This document shows, in pieces, positions 1-13,439 of a stretch of DNA of 64,000 nt (position 1 is the stretch's first letter; the number at the start of each line of letters is the position of its first letter). Under the pieces are notes generated by a model that worked only from the letters and a program-made list of their open reading frames with translations, did no database searches and had not been told where the DNA came from. Source of the stretch: Protoeuglena noctilucae (lineage: Eukaryota); contig OY253679.1 of the NCBI GenBank assembly GCA_958009085.1, positions 558,001 through 622,000 of the forward strand, given 5' to 3'. A program made the position numbers and the translations under genes.

Positions 1-527
1 GACTTTCTCTTCCGCCTCTACCTCTCGAATTCGGCGGCCGGAGAGGTCGCGCATCGAGTCCTGGTTGGAGACGCGAGCTGCGACCTTGCCGCCCATACGC
101 AGAAGGGTCCCGAACCCGCCCTTCCCGCCTTGCAGGGGAAGCAGGAAGTCCACCGCATACCTGCGCAGTTGCGTCACGACGATTGAGAGCGCGAAGGGCC
201 TCCTCGCCGCGGCATTCGCCCCGCAGGCACCCTTTCTTCCTCACCCGTCACGAACGCCATGTGCGAGGAGCGTGGCGGAGCCCTCGAGCGTCCTGCCCCC
301 CACCGTCAAGAACGATGAGCCATCGTGGATCCCAAGCGCATCCTGCGTGGGGCGGCGCGCGGGTTCTGTGCTTCTGCGGGCCCGCAACCCTCGGCACAAG
401 CGTTGGCGCCCTGCGTTGCGTCCCCAACGTTGCGCACCTCCACAGCACGCTTGGCTTCCTCCACCGTGTACGTGAGGGGCACAGGGACGGCCCGGTGGCC
501 CCCGAGCCGGACGAACGCGGCGGCCAT
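1..527 (-). CDS. SDE2: SDE2 (ubiquitin-fold splicing/replication-stress factor), 5' part; gene runs off the window's left edge
   Basis: Spliced translation MAAAFVRLGG...DALGIHDGSSFLTVGGRTL...YAVDFLLPLQGGKGGFGTLLR...NQDSMRDLSGRRIREVEAE contains the Sde2 GG|KGGFG cleavage motif and the RDLSGRR motif; two GT-AG introns. Confidence 0.88.
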
Positions 528-846
528 GGCTCCGCGTGTCGCAAACCACAGCAGCGGCGAATACCCCGTGTCAATAGGGTGCAAGAGGGGGCTGGCGCAG
601 TAACAGCAGTGCCCAAGCACCCCCCGCTTTGAACGGCACGCTGTCTGGGCACAGTCAGGAGGGCCTGGGTCAGGGGGCGGCGTCAGAGGCCATCCCAGGC
701 CTCTGCCACGAACGGGGTCGGTCGACAGCATCCGTTTCCGATCCCACTTGCGACGTCATTGCCCACGGAGCTGCTGGTTACGCTGCTGATCCCTAGCTGC
801 GTCTGTCGAGAGGTTTCAGCCCGTTCTCGCCCTCGCGCGCGACACG

Positions 847-2392
847 ATGGCGACGCTGGGGGGTGCGCTGCAAGCGAGCCTTCAGCCGCGGCTGGCAGCT
901 GTGCACGCGGGGGCCATCCGGTCCGGGGCGAGGAGCGGCGCGGCGCTCAGGGTCTTCAGAAGCTTCCGGCAGCAAACCGTGGTGTGCAGGAGCACGGATG
1001 AGGTGCGCGTCCTGTGGCAACGATAGTTGTGCATCTGACGCGTGGGGTCTGGCGCCCGGCGGTGCGCGGACAGGGAGCCGCCGAGAGGAAGGATATCCAC
1101 GTCTGTGACGTGGGGCGGCCGCGCCGATCCCCGTCGCGGAGCCCCTATATTCGTAGCGCGCTCCCTAGCGACGTTTTGCAGCCGCGTCGCTCCGCGTCCC
1201 GCTGGCCCTTTGCAGCTGCCGATCCGGGCCAAGAGCCCCTGCCAAGTGCGAGCGTCATGCAAAGCTCCGACCCCGTATATGGCGGCGCGATGGCGCCCCA
1301 GTGTGCCTACAGTGAGCACGCCTCGCTTACCTTGGCCGCGCGATTTCCCGCAGGCTGCCCAGAACGTGGAGGAGGTGGTAGAGCCGGCCGGGCCGGAGGC
1401 ACCCCCGGAGGCTGGGCCCTCGGAGGACACCAAGACGGGGATGTCCGCGGTGATCGCGGCAGCAAAGAAGGCGATCGCGGATGGGTCGTTTGACGCGGAA
1501 GCCTTCGTGGGTGAGGTGGAGGCGCTGGGGGCGGACCTGGAGCGTGCACGCAGCGACGCAGAGCTGCGGGCGCAGGCGAAGGACGAACAGGTGCAGGCTC
1601 TGAAGGTGAGCGTCGCAGCCAGCCGCGCGATGCAACGCAGGGGCGTCGGGCTGGCTTGCACAGGCCCACGAACGCTTGTGATGGGCTCCGGTTGGCGCAG
1701 GACCAGTTCCTTCGCCTGCAAGCCGACTTCGAGAACTTCCGGAAGCGGCAGGCGGCCGAAAAGGAGCAGCTTTCGGAGAAGAACACCGCCAAGGTGGTCG
1801 AGGAGTTCATCCCTCTGGTGGACAACTTTGAGCTGGCCCGGCAGCAAGTCAAGGTGCGGCCAGGCCATGCCACAGGGCGAGGCGTCTGTCTCCCACTTGA
1901 CCGCACGGGCATGACGCGGCGCTGTTCTCGGCGTTTGCAGTGCGAGACGGAGGGGGAGGACAAGATTAACCAGGCGTACCAGGGGCTGTACCGGCAAATG
2001 GTCGACACGTTCCGTCGTCTGGGGGTCGACGCGGTCCCCACGGTCGGCGTGCAGTTCGACCCGGCCATCCACGACGCCGTCATGCGGGTGCGGGGCGGGA
2101 CACCCATGGCAGCAAGCTACGGGGCCCTGGCTGGCAGCGCAGCTGACGCAGATGTGGCCACGATCCGCAGGAGCCTAGGGACGACGTGACGGACGGGGAG
2201 GTGGTCAAGGAGTTCCGCAAGGGGTTCAGCATCAGAGGGCGCCTGGTGCGGCCTGCCATGGTGGCGGTGTGCACGAACGACGCCATGCCTTACGTCCCCG
2301 AGGACAAGGGCACCGAGGAGAAGGCCAAGGAGGAGGCGAAGAGCGAGACCAAGAGCGAGGCCAAGGAAGAGGCGTCGGCGGACAGCGCCTAA
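847..2392 (+). CDS. grpE: Plastid GrpE nucleotide-exchange co-chaperone (CGE1-like), about 5 exons
   Basis: Transit-peptide-like exon 1, then DQFLRLQADFENFRKR, LVDNFELAR, FDPAIHDAVM, KGFSIRGRLVRPAMVAV; TAA stop at 2390-2392. Confidence 0.93.
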
Positions 2393-2453
2393 GCGACCCG
2401 GGGCGTTCCCAACTGCAGCTTGGGCGAGCTTGAAGGCACGCGAGCACGCTAGC

Positions 2454-3137
2454 TCACTTCCACAGCTTCTTGAGCGTCCCGGTCAGGCCTGGGCCGTTCT
2501 GCGAGGGAGTCAGGGGCCCACATGGTTCCCAGGCTGCCCAGAAGGGCACGCAGCGTGCGTGTTTGACACAACACCCCGCCCCTCACCACGGCGAGGAGCA
2601 TGAGGCCCGCTCCGGCCGCGACGGAGGACCCCAGGACACCCACGCGCGCGGCCGATCGCATGATTCCACGCGGCACGTAGTCGGTGACCACCGCATTCAG
2701 CGACACGTGCGAGTGCCACGGGATGGCTGCGACGGGAAGCGCGGGGTGGGTTTGGGCGCGGGTCGAATGCTGGCAGAAGCACCTCCAGATAGAGATCCAT
2801 CGTCACCTACGGCCATGGCGATGTCGGCGGTGCGCTGCACGGCCGAACCATCCGGGGCGACGATGGCCACGGGGGCGGCCAGGGCCAGGGCCACGCCACT
2901 CCTCTCGTACAGCTTCCGCCAGGAGGGACCGAGCTGGTCCGCTGGGCGCACGGGGGACGCGTGTGGGCGTCGCGAGGGAGCCCCGCGACCTTCGCCAGCG
3001 ATGAGAACCGTGAGCGGCCCCCTCGCGGACGCGGGCCTGCTTCTGCACCACCTGACCAAGCACGGGCGCACAACGCAGCCGCGTCAGCCCGCGCTCGGCC
3101 GTCCACGGAGCCCCTCACCTGCCAACAACCGGGCCAT
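2454..3137 (-). CDS. SDH4: Succinate dehydrogenase membrane anchor subunit D (CybS/SDH4)
   Basis: Exons give SGVALALAAPVAIV...HSHVSLNAVVTDYVPRGIMRSAARVGVL...NGPGLTGTLKKLWK*; the H...DYV motif and C-terminal GPG..LW are typical of SdhD; start codon tentative. Confidence 0.8.
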
Positions 3138-3480
3138 GGCAACAAGGCTCGACCTCCTCGCCCCAGACCCTCACAGGCCACCCACTGCCGTCGCCTCCTC
3201 GCGTACCCTGTCACGAAGGTCAGCCACTGAGGCTCAGGATCGGCGCGGGCAGTGGAGCGGACCTGCGTGTCACGACCCGTCGCACGTGCGGAGCTCCGGG
3301 CCTGCAGCGGAGTTCGTGAGGCTCAATTGTCGGCATCCAGTCGGCCCAGGGGGACGGCGGAGCAAGTGCCAGACTCTGGCGGTGCCGAGCTCTTCGCGTC
3401 CGGGACGCCGCAGCTCGCGACGTGTTTGCTGCGGCGTCCTACTTAGCCGTTGTGGCGACGTGTAGGGGAGTCGAGGCACG

Positions 3481-5696
3481 ATGATCAGCGCAGTGGCGCC
3501 CGCGACCACCAGGTGACCGCACCGGGCGCCAGGGCAGGCGAGGGGGGATTCCAGCGCCTCTTCAGAGGTACAGTGGTCCCACGCGGCCACGGGGAAGGCG
3601 TTGGCGTGCCTCACCGCCAGATCCCGACGCGTTTGCGGTGCCTGCCTATCCGCAAGCGGCCTTTGCGCGCGGCCGTCGCGGGGACGCGCGAGAGGTGCCT
3701 CGCGCGAGCCAGCTGACGATCATCGGCGGGGCCGTTGCTGCGGTACCCCTCGGCAGCCCGGCGGGCCCGCTGGCCGCGCTCGGCCTTCCCCCCCGCCCCC
3801 TCGCGGGCGATCGCGGCGCGCCGGCCGTCGTGCGTCGCGATGGGTTGGGAAGGAATGCCGTTGCAGATCGGGGATGCCCACGAAAGGCGCTGAGGGCTCG
3901 GCAGGCGGGCCCCTCCTCGCGGCCGAAGCAGCGGGCGCAGTTCGCCCGGGGAACCGGGGTGTTTTCCGCCTCGCCCGCGTCGCATTTTCGTATAGGCGAT
4001 GGAAACCCTGCCCATCGCGCCCCTTCGCCGCAGGTGTGGGTCGTTCCAGTCGGCCAAGGCCTCGTTCCAGGTGACCCCCGCTTGGCCGCGTCGACGCGCC
4101 TGGCGCGGGTTGGAGGCCACCCGGCTCGCCGTGGACTCCGTCTCCATGCTCTGGGGGCACGTGCGCTCCCCTTGCGCCTGCGGCAACGCCCGGGGGGCAG
4201 GATGTCGCGAGCTGCGACGGGGGACACTCGGGGGGCATCCAGCCTCGACCCACCCTCGCGCCCCGCCCTCCGGCCGCAGGCTCCTCGTGCCGTGCGCGCG
4301 GGCCGCGTGCAGACTGTCGTGCGCGCCGGCAATGAGACGGTGGTGATCGGCCTGGCCGCCGACTCCGGGTGCGGCAAGTCGACCTTCATGCGCCGCATGA
4401 CGACGGTGTTCGGCGGGGACCCGAAGCCGCCCAAGGGTGGCAACCCCGACTCCAACACGCTCATCTCGGAGATGGCGACGGTCATCTGCCTGGACGACTA
4501 CCACTGCCTCGACCGCAACGGCCGCAAGAAGGAGAAGGTCACGGCGCTGGACGAGAAGGCGCAGAACTTCGACCTGATGTACGAGCAGGTCAAGGCGCTC
4601 AAGGAGGGCAAGACGGTCATGAAGCCCATCTACAACCACGTGACGGGCCTCCTCGACCCCGCGGAGGAGATTAAGGCCCCCCGCGTCCTCGTGATCGAGG
4701 GCCTCCACCCCTTCTACGACGAGCGCGTGCGTGACCTCCTCGACTTCAAGATCTATCTGGACATCTCCGACGAGATCAAGTTCGCCTGGAAGATCCAGCG
4801 CGACATGGCGGAGCGTGGCCACTCCCTCGAGTCCATCAAGGCCTCCATCGAGGCCCGCAAGCCCGACTTCGACAAGTTCGTCGACCCCCAGAAGCAGGTC
4901 GCGGACGTCGTCATCCAGGCGAGGGGGCGGTCCCTTGGGTCACGCCGCGCGTGGGGGCGGTCTGGGCGCAGCTCGCCGCGCTGGCCTGTGGCCCCCGCCA
5001 AACCTTGCGTCACGCGCCGCGCCCGCGCAGGTGCTGCCGACGCAACTCATCCCCGACGAGAAGGAGGGCAAGGTGCTCCGGGTCCGCATGATCCAGACTG
5101 AGTCGAGCGAGGTCTTCGACCCCGTCTACCTCTTCGACGAGGGCTCGACCATCTCGTGGGTGCCCTGCGGCCGCAAGCTCACGTGCTCGTACCCCGGCCT
5201 CAAGATGTACTACGGCCCCGACACGTGGTACGGCCGCGAGGTCTCGGTGCTGGAGATGGACGGCCAGTTCGACAAGCTGGAGGAGCTCATCTACGTCGAG
5301 TCCCACCTGTCCAACACCTCGGCCAAATTCTACGGGGAGGTCACGCAGCAGATGCTCAAGAACTCCCAGTTCCCGGGGTCCAACAACGGCACGGGGCTCT
5401 TCCAGGTGAGGGCCGGCGCGGGAGGGGTGCTGCGGGGTAGCTGACAGGCGCGCCGCCGGCCAAGATGTGCTTCACAACGTCGCTATACCGAGCGCCCTCG
5501 GGCCTGAGGACACGACCGGGCTGCTATGTAGCCCTTGCCTGAGCCGCTGGCGGTGCGATCCCGATCCGTCTGGAGCCAGCGCTGGGTCGCCGTGCCACCG
5601 CCAAATGTGACGTGCCCGCAGACCCTGGTGGCCCTCAAGGTGCGCGAGATCTACGAGCGCATCACCAAGAAGGAGATCTCCGCCGTGGCGGCTTAG
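3481..5696 (+). CDS. PRK: Chloroplast phosphoribulokinase, 5 exons
   Basis: Transit peptide split over exons 1-3 (MISAVAPATTRCGSFQSAKASFQAPRAVRAGRVQTVVRA); VVIGLAADSGCGKSTFMRR, VICLDDYH (both redox Cys present), DFKIYLDISDEIKFAWKIQRDMAERGH; intron 4919-5030 is GC-AG. Confidence 0.98.
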
Positions 5697-5953
5697 ACGC
5701 CCCGAGGCCGGGCCAACACCTCAGACGGCACGCACCTCAGTGCGAGGCGGGCCGCGCCCTAGACTAGAGGTCTCCGGACTGGCGGCGCCGTGCGGCAGTT
5801 TCGCGTCGCGACGCCCCCCCCTGTGAAATTCAATTCTGACACCTCCTGTCGGGCAGCCGCCGCCCGTCACCGCTCCATCGCCCGCGGAGAACTCATGATA
5901 ACGCTGCATTTTGCACGACACGGGGGGCCGGATCCTCTGGATATGTCGGTTCG

Positions 5954-8900
5954 ATGAGTGCCGTAGGTCGGGGGTCGGCTCGCGCTCTGGCCGGGGCCGA
6001 GCGCGGGGCTGTGGACCTTCATGACTCTCTGCGATCGATATGGTCTCGCTCGCCGCAAATCTGCGGGCCCAGGGTGTCGTTTGGGGTCGGACGGGGGCTG
6101 GGTTCGGCGGTGGGGGCGTCGCCGGCGACGGGGGCGGGGCTCTGCCCGTTGTGCTGGGGACTGGATCGAGTTCAACGACCCGCCTGGCTGCGGCGTCGGT
6201 TCTGGGACGCGCCCTGGCGACCACGATCGGCGCAGGCAGGGCTGGGGGAGGTAAAGCGCCCGCTGGATGCAGGCAGCCCGTCCCCTGCGGATGTCTCGCG
6301 TTTGCGTGACGTGTGTATCGCGTTCGTTCCCACGGACCCGTGGGACACCTCGCTTCCCCCCGGCCCGGCGACGCGCAGGGGCGGCGACCCGCGGCTCGCT
6401 GGTTTTCAGGCTCGGCGGGCGCCCTGGGGCTGCACCAGCCCGCCAAGTCCTCGCGTGCGTCTCTCCCTGTTGCAAGCGGGGCGCGATGGGTCGTGAGGTG
6501 ACGCGGCGGGGGCGGGAGGCCGCGCCAGGAGGCTGGCCACGCACTCCTCGCGCGTGGCGCCGGGGCGTTTGGGGCGCCGGCGCAGCGAAGCCGCGAGTGC
6601 TATTTGGTACGTTCAAGTACCCGCACCCATCGCGTGGTGTTCCGCAGGAGCCCCAGGCAGGGACTCTACACCACCACTTTGGTGCGCGAGGGCGTCGGGT
6701 CGGGGGCGCTCGAGGGGAAGGTGAGCATTTGTATGCACGCTACTCGATGTATAGCAGACATGGCAGTTGCTGCGGCGGCTCGGTAACGGCCCGTCGCTTC
6801 GCGCGTCCCCAGGACGTGCCGGCGTCGCTGTCGTGGGCGGCGTGGCTGCGCGATCTGCCTCCGCCGGCGTCGCCGGGCAATCTGTGGAGTCCGATGCGGT
6901 TCATGGGTTGCCGCGAGGGGGCGGAGGCCGCGGTGAGCCGCGAGACCGCGAGCGAGGGGGCTTCTCACTCCAACCTGCGGGTCGCCACGGGCGCGGCGCT
7001 CCCTGGCGAGGCCGACTCCGCGTCGGCGCAGCGGAGGAACGCAATCGCAGAGACGCGCGAGGGGGGGGGCGAGCCGGGGGCTGCGGGGGGCGTCGCTGAG
7101 GCTGTGTGGGGCGTGCTGGAGCGCCGGCTGGGCCACGCCCGGGCGAGCGGGGACGGGAAGCGCGCGGGCCGCGGCGGACGGAGTGAGGGCGCCGCCGAGC
7201 GACGCGATTCCGAGCGGCGGCGCGCGGCGGGTGCGGACCGGAGCGCGGTTTGGGCGGGGGCGCACGAGCTGACGCGGCTGTCGGGCGGGGGCATCCCAGT
7301 GCACGTCGCGCGGGACGTGGTGGTTGCGGCCTTGTTGCGGGACGCGGTGCAGGGGCGGATCCCGGAGAGCGCGGCGGATGGGGCGGGGGCGGCGGGCGTG
7401 GTGGAGCGCGTGAGGGCAGGGTGGGAGGGGCTGATGGGGGTCATGTGTGCGGAGATGCCTGGGGAAGTGGCGGCTGACGATGGATATGCGAGCAAGGCGC
7501 GCAAGAAGCTTGTCAGGTGCGTTGGGCTGGGCAGAGGCCCCCACATGCGCCCCTCGCAGCGCGTGACGGCATGTGCATGTTGTCGCGTGTGCTTCAGAGC
7601 GCTTGTGATGAGTGGACTGGCATGCATAGCAATTTCGCTGGTCCTCGTCCCTCGCAGGGCCATCCGGGCTCAGCCGCGTCTGCTGTCGACTCCGGTGGAC
7701 GACATCCAGCGCGGGGTCGAAGGCCTCATGGAGGCAGCCAGCCCGTGCATCCGTGGGACGCACGCCGCACACGCTCACGCCGGCGCGGTGCCGGACCCGC
7801 TGCCCGCGGCCGCCTCGCACCACCTGCGCCAGTCGGCGCCTGCCACGGCCGCGCATCTCCTGGCCGCATGTCCCGTGGGGGCGCTGCTGGCCCTCTCCGA
7901 CCAACTCCCTGTCGTCGAGGGGTGGATGAAGGCCGTCTTTGGCCCCTCTGCTGTGCCCGAGGGTCCCTCGGGGCCTTTCCAGGCCGACGGCGCAGACGCG
8001 GCCCCGCGCCCCACGGTGCCGATGCCGCCCCGCCTCGAGGGCCCCGCCCCCGCCTCCCGCGGCCTGACGACCGTGCCGCACGCCCCGGGGCGCGCGCGGG
8101 CCGCCGCCCTGGCCCTCTGCCTGCCGGAGGTGTTGGACCCATCCGCACGCCAGGGCATCCAGAAGGGCACCCAGGCCCTCCTGTCCCTGGGCTTCTCGAC
8201 CGACCAAGCATGGAATCTGTGCATCTCCACCCCGGCTCTCCTCCGCCGCAAGCACCGAGACCTGTCGGCGTCCCTGGCGGTCGTCACGGACCCACGGGGC
8301 CTGGCGGCCGGGCACGAGCTGGCCGTGCAGCACCCGCGCATCCTCGCCACGGACGCCCTCCGATCCGGCCCGCGGGTGTCGCTGCTCAGGTGAGCCTCTC
8401 TCCTGCTATCGGACGCAATCAGCCACGCTCGCATGTCGCCACCAACTCACCGACTCTGAGCCCCTTGACTCCCCGCAGGGCCATGGTGGAGGCTCGCGCG
8501 GGCGCGATGGCTTCCCAGGGGCGCCCGCCGCGGTCGCTGATCGACGCCGTGCGGGACTTGGCGCCCAGCTTGGACGTGGTGGCGCACATCTGCGTGGCGC
8601 GCCCTTCGTCCGTGGTGCCCGAGCTCATCCGGGCGGGGCTCTGGGACCGGGAAGCGTTCGAGGCGCAGGTGCTGGGGTCGATGGCGGCGCCCGTGGGCGG
8701 CGTGGTGGATGACGCGTCGACGTCGGTGGAGGGGTCGGTGGCGGAGCTCGCGATGGCGTGGGGCGCTGGGGGGGCCGGCTGGCTGAGCACGGCGGGCAGT
8801 CGCGGCTCGGAGACTAGCGTGGATGTGGACTGGGATACGGACCTTGGTAGCATGGCTGCGTGGGGTGACCTGGGGGCTCCGATGGCTGGGGAGGGGCGCG

Positions 8901-10080
8901 ACGCTGTCGGCAGCGGGAGCGTGGCGGACATCGTCCCGCCGCACGGCCCGATGAGCGCGGCAATGCGCGAGCAAGTGCTCCGGGACCTGGACGCGGTGGC
9001 GGGGTGGGGCTGCGCGGGGCCCTCGGGCCGGGACCGCCGGGCGATGGAGGTGGACGGCCCAGCCAAGCGGCTGCTGGACGCTTTCACGGACGTGTGGCTG
9101 CAGCGGGGCGGGGAGTCCGACGCGTGGCTGCCCCGCAACCCCCGCATCGAGCTGGTGAGGGGTGCAGCTCTGGCCGTGCCAACTGCCTGTGTGCTCGGAT
9201 CCGCTCATGCATGCAGTCTGTATGTGGTCTTGTTGCGATCATGCCATGATACTTAGGACGTACAAGGTCCTGTTGACATTGACCGTCCGTGCCGCCCCTT
9301 GCGATGCAGTCGGGCCGGGTGGCCAGGCGCGGTGAGCCTGTCAAAACCAGCAAGGGGGGCGTGACGCGGACCAGCAAGACCAGCAAGCGCGCCTCTGTGA
9401 CAACCGCGACTGCGCCTGGGGTGGTGGTGTCCGGGGCGACGGAGGCGATGAGGCCGGACAGGTTGCCAGAACTGCTGGGGACCTCACAGCCAGTTGGGGC
9501 GACGGGGGCGGCTGAGGCGGCGAGGCCAGTGACAGTTGCGCAGATGGCGGACGCGGAAGGTCGCGTGGAGACATCAGGGGCAGCGGGGGCAATGGGGTGG
9601 GCGGGTGACGGTGTGCGGGAGGCAGCACCGTCCTTGGACATCGGCGAACCCACGCCGGGGCCGGAGCGGGCATCTGTGGCTGAGGTGGGCGGCTCGAGGA
9701 AAGTTGAGGTGGACGCGTGGGGCGTGGAAGATGATTTCTTCAAGGAGGGCGACCCTTGGGAGGACATGACGGTCACGGACCAGGCGCTGTCGCGTGCGTG
9801 GGGTGGCGAGGCGGCGTGGGCGCTGGGAGGCAGCAAAGCGGGCGCACCTGGTGTCGAGCCCGCGCGGGGCCGCAGGGAGGGCGCGTCCCGGTGGGCGGGT
9901 GAAGAGGGGGGCCACCGCCCAGTGCTGCGGCGGGCGTCGGTCGGGGGCGGGGACGAGGAGGATGACATGTGGGACATCCTGGACGAGATGGGCTTGGAGG
10001 AGAGCGGGGGTGGTCGGGGCATGTGGGAGCGGAGCGGGAGGCTGGGGCACCGGCAGCCACTCCACTTCGTGCACGGTTGA
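5954..10080 (+). CDS. Large multi-exon protein with mTERF-like helical repeats (organellar nucleic-acid binding?)
   Basis: Segments LLSLGFSTDQAWNLCISTPALLRR and AVQHPRILATDALRSGPRVSLLR resemble mTERF repeats; GT-AG junctions at 6721-6812 and 8390-8478; low-complexity C-terminus; 5' end uncertain. Confidence 0.45.
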
Positions 10081-10275
10081 GGGTGCTGGGTGGTACTGTG
10101 TGAGGTGTAGTTGCATGTTGGCATCGCTTGAAGTCTTGCACTAGATCGGCATCGTATCGCTTATCCGCCTTGTCAATCGAACCATCTACCCAGTCAGCTG
10201 CATTGCGCGACATGCTCGCTGGCGCGACCGCTCGTCGACCCCCGACACTAAGCGCTGCACACTCGTCCCGCAACA

Positions 10276-13110
10276 TCAGGCCTTGCGGGGCTTGGGGCCG
10301 ATCATGAGCTCCGGCCTCACGTACTTGTCAAAGTCGGCCTCTGCGCAGGACATGAAAGCGACGCGTTGCCATTAGCACTCGACACGAATTTTGTGTGCAT
10401 GAACATAAGCCACTTCCACAGCTCTCTGCTCACAGCCCCTCGCCCCACGCAGCCTCAGCCACCCTTCCTCGCTCACCCGTGACCTTGCCCAGCGCCACGG
10501 CCGCCTCCTTGAGGGTCGTGCCCTCCTTGTGCGCCTTCTTGGCCGCAGCCGCGGCGTTGTCGTACCCGATGTAGGGATTCAGTGCCGTCTGCAGCACAGA
10601 GCGGCACGCAAATGGTCAGCGTGACGAGCGAGGGTTAGTTGCTATGTCATGCTACCTGAAATTGCATGGCATCTCCCGTTCCACAGTCATTTGCAGCCGG
10701 CAGACGTTGTGCATGGCACTACAAGCCCCATCCCCACTCACCACAAGCATGAGGCTCTCGTTGAGGAGCTGGCTGATGCGCCTCTCGTTGGCCTTGATCC
10801 CGGTCACGCAGTTGTCGGCAAAGGACACGGACGCGTCCGCCAGGATGCGCGTCGAGTGCAGAAGGTTGGCAATCATCACCGGCTGCAACAGCGATGGGCC
10901 GGGCGACGCTCAGCTGACGCAGAGGGCCGTGAGAGTGCTGCATTACATGCACGCCAAACATGCGACACCCCCTCAGCCTTCCCATGTGTACTGCCATCCC
11001 CATGACTCGCCTTGTACACGTTGAGCTCGAAGTGCCCCTGGGACCCCCCGACGGTGATGGCCACGTGGTTGCCCATGACCTGGCAGCAGACCATGGTGAG
11101 GGCCTCGCACTGCGTCGGGTTGACCTTCCCGGGCATGATGGACGACCCCGGCTCGTTCTCCGGCAGCGTCAGCTCTCCCAGGCCGCACCGGGGCCCAGAC
11201 CCCAGCAGTCGGATGTCGTTGGCGACCTTCATGAGAGAGGCCGCCAGGGTGTTGAGCGCCCCGGACGCCTCCACGATCGCGTCGTGGGCCGCCAGAGCCT
11301 CGAACTTGTTGGGAGCTGCGGGGGGCCATGACGAAAGGCACCATCGGCCACGATACACCGCCAACTGGACCAACCCCGAACCTCGGTCATTGAGACGCAA
11401 CGTGAAATCAGCATTCATGGAATGCAGAGCATGGCTCCCCTCTGAGTGGCGCTGCGCAGAGGGCAGCGCAGTGCACGCCCCCAGCCCCCAGCTCGCGCCC
11501 CTCACCGGTGACGAAGGGCAGCCCGGTGTCCCGGGCGACCTGCTCCGCGACCTGCTCCGCGAACCCCACAGCCGTGTTGAGGCCTGTCCCCACCGCCGTG
11601 CCTCCCTGTGCCAGCATGCACAGCCTGCACGCAAGGGCGGGGACCGGTGTCACCGGGCCCACGCAGACGGCTCACCACGCCAGCGAGGGCCACGAGTCAC
11701 AGCGCCTGGATCCGTTCCACAACATATCGCAGATAGACAGCGCTTCGCTTCTCTCGCCTGGGCAGCGCCGCCTCGACCCTCTGGATGCCGTACTCAACCT
11801 GGGTCGCGTACCCCGAGAACTCCTGCCCCAGGGTGAGGGGCGTGGCGTCCTGGGTGTGCGTGCGCCCGATCTTGATGATGTGCGCGAACTCCTTGGCCTT
11901 GGCGTCCAGGCTCGCGTGCAGGTGCTTGAGGGACGGGATGAGCGCGCGGTGGATTTCGGACACGGCCGCGATGTGCATGACCGTCGGGAAGGTGTCGTTC
12001 GAGGATTGGCCCTTGTTCACGTGGTCGTTCGGGTGCACCATCTTGCTGCCCAGCTGGCCCCCGAGGAGCTCAATGGCGCTGCGACGACCAGAGACGCACG
12101 CGCATGCGTGAACTCTAGTCCATGCACAGGGAGCAGCGCTACCCTCGCGGCTGCCATCGCTCGCGATCGGCAGCTCCTCACCGGTTGGCGATGACCTCGT
12201 TCGCGTTCATGTTGGACTGAGTACCCGACCCCGTCTGCCAAACCACCAGGGGGAAGTGGCCGTCGAGCTTCCCCGCCGCCACCTCCTCCGCGGCCCTCAC
12301 GATCGCCTCGCCCGTCTTCTGCTCCATGTCCCCGTTCGCCATGTGCACCTTGGCCACGGCACCCTGCGCCCTGGGAAGCAACCCACGTCGCCCACACCCA
12401 CGCATGCGGCATCACGTACGCTGCCGATCACAGGCGACACAGCAGCGGGCACACCTTGAGGACGCCGAAAGCCCGGACGACAGGGGTGGGCATCTTGTCA
12501 CGCTCCTGGTTGATGCGGAAGTTCATCAGGGAGCGCTGCGTTTGCGCGCCCCAGTACCTGCAGGCGGAGAGGTGGCGATCCTGAGGTGCGCTGGCCCCCA
12601 GAGAGTGCGGACGGAGTTGTGCTGCATCCACATATCCCTACTGACCTGTCGGACGGCACCTCCAACGGCCCGAACGTGTCCTTTTCGGTCCGGGTCGACG
12701 CCTTGGTCGCATTCCCGCGACGTGCCATCGCGGAGGCCGCGGCGGGCACCGCTACGACCATAGATTCTGCGCCCGGAAATATGTGCGTAACCATCGTCAC
12801 TGAGCTCGCGGCGGGACGCCCACAGCGGGGGCGGCACGGGACTCGGCAAGGGCCGCAGGGCGCATCGCTGGGCGGGCGCCGGGATCATCGAGTCCAAATC
12901 CCCCAAACCCGCATCCATTGCATGGATACGCATTCATTCGACAGGCTGATAAGGTCTGCATGCTGCGGGGACCCGGCGGCTGGCGCACACGTCCCAAGTC
13001 GTGGCGGGGCCCATTGCAGCCCCGCGCGCCTCGCCTGCGCCCACATTTGGCTCCACCAGGGCCCCGCGCAGCCAGGAAAGCTTCGCAGCGTGACGAGCGA
13101 GGCGCCTCAT
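10276..13110 (-). CDS. FUM1: Mitochondrial class II fumarate hydratase, about 10 exons
   Basis: Presequence [86 protein letters not shown] signature; three GC-AG introns. Confidence 0.98.
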
Positions 13111-13439
13111 GTCCACGGAGTCGCTGCGTGAAGTAGGGGCCCCCTGCCCGCATTCTTTGGGCTGCCGGACGGCCGCGGCGACCCGACGCTCCCCTCGGTG
13201 CGATCACAGATTGGTTGCCAACGCAGACGAGCGCTGCGCCTCGGGCTCCCTGATCGATATCTCTGGCACGAGCGCGACCGACGCGGTCAGCCTGCACTAA
13301 CCGTCACAGCTTCAACCCATTCCACGCGCAGGCGGATCCATAGAAAGATTGGGCGAAGAGGCCGGTCATTAGAAGGTGCCAGGGAGGAGGAAACGCCTCG
13401 GCGCACGCATGCACCCCAGCTGGGCGCTTGCACGCTGCA

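Noticed and set aside
3611..4822. Long antisense and alternative-frame ORFs (also 43046-43981, 6666-8333 and many others in the ORF track)
   Set aside because: Shadows of real genes caused by high GC and codon bias; they have no recognisable motifs
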